DNA from: Syntrophomonadaceae bacterium
GTDB taxonomy: Bacteria > Bacillota > Syntrophomonadia > Syntrophomonadales > DTU052
Reading direction: 5' to 3'
Assembly (NCBI GenBank): GCA_012728655.1
Contig: JAAYEQ010000026.1
Span: forward strand, 28,392 to 92,391
Length of the DNA: 64,000 nt
Shown here: positions 58,288-64,000 of the stretch, piece after piece
How the letters are laid out: each line of letters starts with the position of its first letter
Numbering within the stretch: position 1 is the first letter of the stretch
Translations under genes and position numbers: made by a program
The notes under the pieces: model-generated
What the model was told of the DNA's origin: nothing
Database searches by the model: none
Seen by the model: the letters and a program-made list of their open reading frames with translations, nothing else

Positions 58288-59877
58288 TTACCATGGATCG
58301 ACATAGGGGCGGTGGCTTGGTTTCATCCTCGGGGGTACTGACATCAAGCCCTTCAGGATCCACCTGCGGGTATCTGCCGGGTCAATAACCGCATCAATCT
58401 CCAGATATGACGCCATGTTAACCGCTTTTCCTCTTTCATACATCTGGTTGAGCAATTTGTTGAAAAGTGCTTCTCGCTCCACCGGGTCTTCGATGGCGTT
58501 AAGCTGCTTTTCAAAGCCCTTCTTTACTGCGCCTTCCAAACCCATGGCGCCGAACTCACCGGTAGGCCAGGCGACGCAGAAGACGGGTTCGTGAAAACCG
58601 CCTGCGGCCATGGCCATGGCACCGAGGCCGTAACCCCGGCGGAGGACCACCGAAAAGTAGGGTACTGAAATATGGGAGCCGATTACAAACATGCGACATA
58701 CGTGACGCACCTGAGCCCGAGTTTCAATATCCGGTCCCACCATAAATCCGGGGGTGTCGATCAACGAAATGATGGGCAGCCCATGCGCATCGCAGATCTG
58801 CATCAGGCGGGTTGCCTTGTCGGCATCCTCCGCCTCGATAGCTCCCGCCGAATGGCGGCAGTTGTTGGCTATGATGCCGAAGGGCTTGCCTTCAATGCGA
58901 ATAAAGCCGGTAATAATTCCCTGACCGAAATCGGGTCTCAACTCCAGGAAGGAATCAACGTCGGCAAGGGTCTTGATCACGCGTTTCACATCATAGACCC
59001 GGCGGCGGTTCTCCGGGATCATAGTGCGCAGCTTCATCTGGTCGGGTGCTTCCCAATCCGAAAGCTCTCCCTGGAAGTAGGAGAGATACTTCTTGGCCAC
59101 CGCCACCGCTTCCTCATCATTCTCTACTACAATGTCGACTACCCCATTCTTGGCTTGGACATCAATGGGGCCGACATCCTCAGGTCGATAGGTTCCAAGC
59201 CCGCCGCCTTCGATCATTACGGGTCCGCCCATACCTATGTTCGAATTCTTGGCGGCAATAATAACATCACAGCACCCCAGCAGAGCCGCGTTGCCGGCGA
59301 AACAGGGTCCGGAAACGATGCCGACAATTGGGGCCTTCCCGCTGTAGGCACCGAATTGGGCGAAGGTGGTGAGGTCCAGTCCGGCAATCATAACTCCCTC
59401 GGCGTCCACATCGCCCGGTCTTCCGCCGCCGCCTTCCGCAAAGAGGATGAGGGGGATTTCCTGCTGGTGGGCCAGTCTCAGCATACGGTCCATTTTCTTG
59501 TGGTTAAAGAACCCCTGGGTACCTGCCAGAACCGTATAATCGTAGGCCATTACCAGGCAGCGGGTATTTTCCTCTCCGAACAGGGATCCGTTAACCGATC
59601 CGATTCCGGCTATGAGGCCGTCTGCAGGGGTTCTGGCGATGAGGTCCTCCTCGGACCGTCTCTGGCGTTGGGCTGCAACTGCCAGCGCACCGTATTCCAT
59701 GAAACTTCCGGGGTCGCACAGATCCTCGATATTGGCCCGAGCGGTACGCTGGTTTTTCTTGCGCCGGCGTTCAACCGCATCGGGGCGGTTCTCGTCCAGG
59801 CCGTACGAATGGCGCTTAATCATCTCCGCCAATTCGGGGCGGATCTCATCATTCACTTGGTTCTTTGGCGTCGTCAT
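58288..59877 (-). CDS. acyl-CoA carboxyltransferase (alpha subunit of a biotin-dependent decarboxylase; GcdA/MmdA/PccB-like)
   Basis: 529 aa with two crotonase-like halves. TARANIEDLCDPGSFMEYG, LFAEGGGGR, GPCFAGNAALLG. Confidence 0.85.
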   Translation of the reverse strand: MTTPKNQVNDEIRPELAEMIKRHSYGLDENRPDAVERRRKKNQRTARANIEDLCDPGSFMEYGALAVAAQRQRRSEEDLIARTPADGLIAGIGSVNGSLFGEENTRCLVMAYDYTVLAGTQGFFNHKKMDRMLRLAHQQEIPLILFAEGGGGRPGDVDAEGVMIAGLDLTTFAQFGAYSGKAPIVGIVSGPCFAGNAALLGCCDVIIAAKNSNIGMGGPVMIEGGGLGTYRPEDVGPIDVQAKNGVVDIVVENDEEAVAVAKKYLSYFQGELSDWEAPDQMKLRTMIPENRRRVYDVKRVIKTLADVDSFLELRPDFGQGIITGFIRIEGKPFGIIANNCRHSAGAIEAEDADKATRLMQICDAHGLPIISLIDTPGFMVGPDIETRAQVRHVCRMFVIGSHISVPYFSVVLRRGYGLGAMAMAAGGFHEPVFCVAWPTGEFGAMGLEGAVKKGFEKQLNAIEDPVEREALFNKLLNQMYERGKAVNMASYLEIDAVIDPADTRRWILKGLMSVPPRMKPSHRPYVDPW

Positions 59878-60368
59878 AAGTTACACCTTCCTATTAATCA
59901 GTGAATAATTGCTTTATACATTTTTAATAATGCCATACGGATTGTATTTTTACTACCTGGTTTTGGATTGTTCTTTCCCGCCGATGGCAAGCTTCCTGCT
60001 TCCGTCGTCGAAATTGACGATCTTGAACCCTGCCTTATACCGGGGATTCCCATGGTGCCATACTTAATCCGGTAGCGGGGGCGGGAAGTATCAACAGTAT
60101 GCGCTAATGTTTCCAGTTCGATTGTTATCCTCTTACCCGGCATCCTTTCCCGGCAGCGGACTGCCTGGTAAAATGAAATTACCCCCCTTTCGTATTTGTT
60201 GCCCGGTTGATACGGAAGTATTGACTGCGGTATTGACAGGAGCAAGAATTTTACTTACTGTTAAGTATATAAGAATGAGTTCGGTGTTGCAAGTTTTCTC
60301 CATGATTCGCAGCCAAGTCTCGTACCGCACGGACTGGTCGTTAACCTTGTTCGAAAGGAGGCGTACGT

Positions 60369-60506
60369 ATGTCATTAGAGATGACGGTTTTTGTCTCGGG
60401 AATAACAGGAGTCTTCCTGGTTATGATATTCCTCCAAATAATGGTTAACCTGAGTTCAAAACTCGCCATCCGCCTGGAAAAAAGGGAATCACCAGACGAT
60501 AAATAG
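60369..60506 (+). CDS. OadG-like small membrane subunit of the Na+-translocating decarboxylase (45 aa, below ORF-track cutoff)
   Basis: ATG 60369 with SD AAGGAGG 8 nt upstream. [45 protein letters not shown]. One TM segment. Sits directly upstream of the beta subunit gene. Confidence 0.7.
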   Translation: MSLEMTVFVSGITGVFLVMIFLQIMVNLSSKLAIRLEKRESPDDK

Positions 60507-60532
60507 CTGAAAGAAAGGGAGAAACGGAAGCA

Positions 60533-61663
60533 ATGGATGTATTTATGGACATCATAATGAACCTGTGGTCCACCATGGCCTTTGACAACCTCTATTGGGG
60601 CAACGTGGTCATGTGGGGCATTGCGTTCCTACTTATTTATCTGGCCATCAAAAAGGATTATGAGCCACTCCTGCTGTTACCGATAGCATTCGGTATCCTG
60701 CTGGTCAACCTCCCCTCCGATATCATGAAAGAGGGAAGCGGACTATTGTGGATCCTCTACCACTACGGAGAAGAGTGGGCGATAATTCCTCCGCTAATCT
60801 TCCTGGGTATCGGGGCCATGACCGACTTTGGCCCGGTGATCGCCAACCCCAAAACCCTGCTCCTGGGAGCGGCTGCGCAGGGTGGGGTTTATATAACCTT
60901 CTTCGGAGCTCTGGCTTTAGGGTTTACGGCGGCGGAGGCAGCAACCATCGGAATTATCGGCGGTGCCGACGGCCCGACCACCATATTCCTGTCGGCAAAA
61001 CTGGCACCTCACCTGATGGGGGTCTGTGCGGTGGCGGCTTACTCCTATATGGCGATGGTACCGATCATACAGCCGCCGGTAATGAAAGCTTTAACCACGG
61101 AAAAAGAACGGAAGATCCGCATGAAATCATTGCGCAAGGTTTCTAAGCTGGAGAAGATTTTCTTCCCGATTATTACGGCTATTGTTGTAATTCTGATTGT
61201 TCCCGATGCCGCGGCTCTAATAGGGATGTTCTGCTTCGGCAACCTGATGCGCGAGTCCGGAGTGGTGGAGCGCCTGAGCAATGCGGCCCAGAACGAGCTG
61301 ATGAACATTATTACCATTTTTCTGGGGGTATCGGTTGGTGCCACCATGCCGGCTGAGGTATTTCTAACACCTCAAGTTATATACATCTTTGTGCTGGGTT
61401 GTGTGGCGTTTGCGACCGCAACCGCGTGTGGGGTTCTGCTGGCCAAGTTCATGAACCTGTTCCTGAAAGAAGGCGAAAAGATCAACCCGCTGATAGGTGC
61501 GGCGGGGGTATCCGCGGTACCGATGGCGGCTCGGGTAGCTCATAAAGTGGGTTCTGAAGCGGACCGCAAGAACTATCTCCTGATGCACGCGATGGGTCCG
61601 AACGTGGCCGGAGTTATCGGAACCGCAGTGGCGGCAGGGATGTTCCTGAGCGTTTTAAAGTAA
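60533..61663 (+). CDS. Na+-translocating decarboxylase beta subunit (OadB/GcdB/MmdB family)
   Basis: 376-aa polytopic membrane protein. [33 protein letters not shown] are typical OadB family blocks. Confidence 0.9.
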   Translation: MDVFMDIIMNLWSTMAFDNLYWGNVVMWGIAFLLIYLAIKKDYEPLLLLPIAFGILLVNLPSDIMKEGSGLLWILYHYGEEWAIIPPLIFLGIGAMTDFGPVIANPKTLLLGAAAQGGVYITFFGALALGFTAAEAATIGIIGGADGPTTIFLSAKLAPHLMGVCAVAAYSYMAMVPIIQPPVMKALTTEKERKIRMKSLRKVSKLEKIFFPIITAIVVILIVPDAAALIGMFCFGNLMRESGVVERLSNAAQNELMNIITIFLGVSVGATMPAEVFLTPQVIYIFVLGCVAFATATACGVLLAKFMNLFLKEGEKINPLIGAAGVSAVPMAARVAHKVGSEADRKNYLLMHAMGPNVAGVIGTAVAAGMFLSVLK

Positions 61664-61787
61664 AATACCATTAAACCGGTATACAAAAGTATCGGAGTGC
61701 CAATACCTGGTTGACAGGTAGGGGAATTTCCCTCGAACTTTAGTATAATTAACTACGAAAACTAAGTTTTAAGGAGGAATCGAAGAA

Positions 61788-62000
61788 ATGGCTGTAATCG
61801 AGAGTCCTATGGCAGGAAAAGTTATTGAGATTCTGGTCGAAGTGGGACAGAGCGTACAAGAGGATGATGAGGTAATCATCCTGGAAGCCATGAAAATGGA
61901 AAATCCGGTATATGCACCCGAAGGCGGTGTGGTCCAGGAGATTAAGGTTGAAGTTGGACAAAAAGTTGAAGAAGGCGAAGTGTTGATAGTACTCGAATAG
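61788..62000 (+). CDS. biotin carboxyl carrier domain protein (minimal 70 aa)
   Basis: SPMAGKV...DDEVIILEAMKMENPVYAPEGGVV carries the biotinyl-lysine motif EAMKM. SD AAGGAGG. Confidence 0.9.
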   Translation: MAVIESPMAGKVIEILVEVGQSVQEDDEVIILEAMKMENPVYAPEGGVVQEIKVEVGQKVEEGEVLIVLE

Positions 62001-62027
62001 AGTTGAGTTAGCAGGACCTTAATCGGT

Positions 62028-62081
62028 GTTAAGCGCTTGAGAGTTGATTGTAGGCTCAACCACAAGCGCTTAACTTTTAAT
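62028..62081 (+). terminator. intrinsic terminator of the decarboxylase operon
   Basis: 12-bp stem GTTAAGCGCTTG / CAAGCGCTTAAC followed by TTTTAAT. Confidence 0.65.
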
Positions 62082-62140
62082 ATCGAACATGAACTGATTC
62101 TTCAAAGGCTTTCGGGTTGAATAATTTGGAGGGTGTTGCA

Positions 62141-62539
62141 GTGCCGGGTATGTATCAGGTTGAGGCGAAGGAGACAAGCTGCAGGTCCTGCGGCCAAACC
62201 GTACTGGAAAACGACCACCACTGTAAACACTGCGGGATCGGTGCTCCTGGAATTCGAAGCCGGTGTCCCCGATGCAAATCAACCAACTATGTATACCATA
62301 GGTATGGTTATGCTTTGATTCGAGGTCTGCTCGCGACCTTAATTGTAGGCCCGCTCGGTCCGATATTCGGCTTTGTTGGTTTCAACCGCACCGAGTGTGT
62401 TTGTCTCGAGTGCAAGCAGGGGTGGTTTCCGTTTATGCCGGAAGTCCAGGTTTCGCGCTTTAATACCATGGTTGGTGAAGAGGGACGGATGAGCAGGAGG
62501 TTTAAGAAGATCCCGGCCAACTGTTATGACCGGTCTTAG
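62141..62539 (+). CDS. zinc-ribbon membrane protein, hypothetical
   Basis: Start moved to GTG 62141 (SD GGAGGGTG 5 nt upstream). CRSCG...CKHCG, CPRCK, CLEC motifs flank one TM segment (LLATLIVGPLGPIFGFVGF). Confidence 0.55.
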   Translation: MPGMYQVEAKETSCRSCGQTVLENDHHCKHCGIGAPGIRSRCPRCKSTNYVYHRYGYALIRGLLATLIVGPLGPIFGFVGFNRTECVCLECKQGWFPFMPEVQVSRFNTMVGEEGRMSRRFKKIPANCYDRS

Positions 62540-62653
62540 CACCTGCATTTCCGCAATAAATACAGAATTCTCATTGCAGGGAAATATGCTCGTTGATAAT
62601 GGTTTTGACATGGAAATACAATAACATCGAAGTAAGAAGGTGCATTATCTGAT

Positions 62654-63925
62654 ATGGAATGGCAGACGTGGTTTGCAGGAATTCTTTTTCTCCTCGTTTA
62701 TGCTTTCATAATATCTGAAAAAATCCATCGTACCGTACTGGCTTTATGCGGCGCGGCTTTACTGGTTCTGGTGGGGGTCCTTAACCAGCATGAAGCGGTA
62801 AGTTTTATCGATTTTAATACCATCGGCCTGCTCTTCGGCATGATGGTTATCGTGGGCATTACCCGAAAAAGCGGGGTCTTTGAGTATGTGGCCATTAAGG
62901 CGGCCCATACCACCGGCGGCGACCCGGTGAAAACCATGATTGCCCTCTCTGTTGTTACTGCGGTGGCTTCCGCGTTACTTGACAATGTTACCACCGTACT
63001 GCTGATTGTTCCGGTTACCATTTCTATCTGCAAAGCCCTGGAGGTCAATCCTATACCGATGTTCGTGGCGGAGATACTTTCTTCCAATATTGGAGGTACC
63101 GCCACCCTCATTGGCGACCCGCCCAATATCATGATCGGCAGCGCCACCGGGCTGGGTTTCATGGATTTTGTCATTAACCTGACTCCAGTGGTGATTGTGA
63201 TATTAATCGTTACCTTGTTCCTGTTGAAACTGATCTACCAGAAGGGATTACAGACTACCGATGAAAATAAGGCCAGGTTGATGGCGATGGACCCCAACGG
63301 TGCCATTAAGGACCCCATCCTGCTGAAAAGGTCGCTTGCAGTTATTGGCATTGTAATATTGGGATTTGTGAGTCACCAGTACCTGAACCTCGAGTCGGCT
63401 ACCATCGCCATCGCCGGCGCGGCTCTGCTGATGCTGATCAGCCGGGAGAACCCGGAGGAGGCCCTGCTTACCGTGGAATGGGCAACCCTGTTCTTCTTTG
63501 TTGGGCTGTTCATTCTGGTGGGTGGACTGGAGAAGGTTGGTATAATCGAAGATATGGCCCGGGAGGCTGTAAGACTCACTCAGGGGAATGTAACCCTGAC
63601 CGCGATGCTTGTTCTCTGGTTTTCGGCTATTGCTTCCGCCTTTATCGATAATATACCGTTCGTGGCAACATTTATCCCTCTGATTCAGGAGATGGGGCAG
63701 ATCGGTCAAATGAATATCGGGCCACTGTGGTGGGCTTTGTCCCTGGGCGCATGCCTGGGCGGCAATGGAACCATTATCGGGGCATCGGCCAATGTTATCG
63801 TTACCGGCATCGCCTCCAGGGAAGGCCATCCCATAACTTTTATTGGTTACATGAAGATTGCATTTCCTTTAATGCTGGTCTCCATTGTAATCTCGACCAT
63901 CTACCTGCTCCTCTTCTATCTGTAG
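62654..63925 (+). CDS. ArsB/NhaD (CitMHS-like) superfamily anion/ion permease
   Basis: 423-aa polytopic protein. LLDNVTTVLLIVPV and IGGTATLIGDPPN / SAFIDNIPFVA and GGNGTIIGASAN form an inverted-repeat motif pair typical of the ArsB/NhaD superfamily. Confidence 0.75.
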   Translation: MEWQTWFAGILFLLVYAFIISEKIHRTVLALCGAALLVLVGVLNQHEAVSFIDFNTIGLLFGMMVIVGITRKSGVFEYVAIKAAHTTGGDPVKTMIALSVVTAVASALLDNVTTVLLIVPVTISICKALEVNPIPMFVAEILSSNIGGTATLIGDPPNIMIGSATGLGFMDFVINLTPVVIVILIVTLFLLKLIYQKGLQTTDENKARLMAMDPNGAIKDPILLKRSLAVIGIVILGFVSHQYLNLESATIAIAGAALLMLISRENPEEALLTVEWATLFFFVGLFILVGGLEKVGIIEDMAREAVRLTQGNVTLTAMLVLWFSAIASAFIDNIPFVATFIPLIQEMGQIGQMNIGPLWWALSLGACLGGNGTIIGASANVIVTGIASREGHPITFIGYMKIAFPLMLVSIVISTIYLLLFYL

Positions 63926-64000
63926 AGGCTGCAGAAGAGGCGGATGACAATGAGGGGAATTATGCAGCCGGGAGTGGTGTGAGTGAGCCTACCCAAAGAC

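Noticed and set aside
58672-59904. 410-aa plus-strand ORF (also 51427-52350 minus, 45350-46075 minus, 25656-26345 plus, 10534-11034 minus)
   Set aside because: All lie antisense to genes with clear family motifs and carry no motifs of their own. They are treated as compositional artefacts.
59898-60245. 115-aa minus-strand ORF in the decarboxylase intergenic region (and a short overlapping frame ending ...GFKIVNFDDGSRKLAIGGKEQSKTR)
   Set aside because: It has no SD, no motif, and overlaps candidate promoters. I could not support it as a gene or as a pseudogene remnant.
63960-64000. Possible start of another gene at the right edge
   Set aside because: Only about 40 nt are available, several short frames contain stops, and no start can be supported.

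Overview
This 64-kb window looks like ordinary chromosome from a spore-forming, anaerobic, fairly GC-rich Firmicute. That reading is an inference from gene content: spoIID, gerM, cotJABC, mtrB/TRAP, an [FeFe]-hydrogenase, clostridial ferredoxins and a Na+-translocating biotin decarboxylase. I can support about 60 protein genes, one tRNA-Pro(CGG), one c-di-AMP (ydaO-type) riboswitch, one textbook sigma54 promoter and several intrinsic terminators. I see no rRNA, CRISPR array, transposase, integrase or prophage genes. Gene blocks, left to right: (1) the 3' end of an [FeFe]-hydrogenase gene, then a regulator fusing a HydS-type sensory hydrogenase domain to a sigma54 activator, a sigma54 promoter, an orphan gene, and a Liv-type ABC importer; (2) sporulation and housekeeping genes (spoIID, trmL, ferredoxin, thiN, tRNA-Pro, gerM, a two-module MCP, cotJABC); (3) an EF-G paralog, a low-GC orphan gene and cell-wall genes; (4) ybaK-dnaE-mtrB-pfkA-pyk; (5) small spore-type proteins, a thioredoxin-reductase-like protein without an NADPH site, and a riboswitch-controlled OpuC-type osmolyte ABC transporter; (6) an acyl-CoA metabolism region with two crotonases, an Fe-ADH, an acyl-CoA synthetase, an SDR, a CoA-transferase and a divergently arranged Na+-pumping acyl-CoA decarboxylase. 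The best candidate for an undescribed system is the one-polypeptide H2-sensor/sigma54-activator with its adjacent perfect -24/-12 promoter and orphan target gene. Two real genes fall below the ORF-track cutoff: a 58-aa ferredoxin and a 45-aa OadG-like decarboxylase subunit. All functional calls rest on motif recognition by eye. No database search was run.
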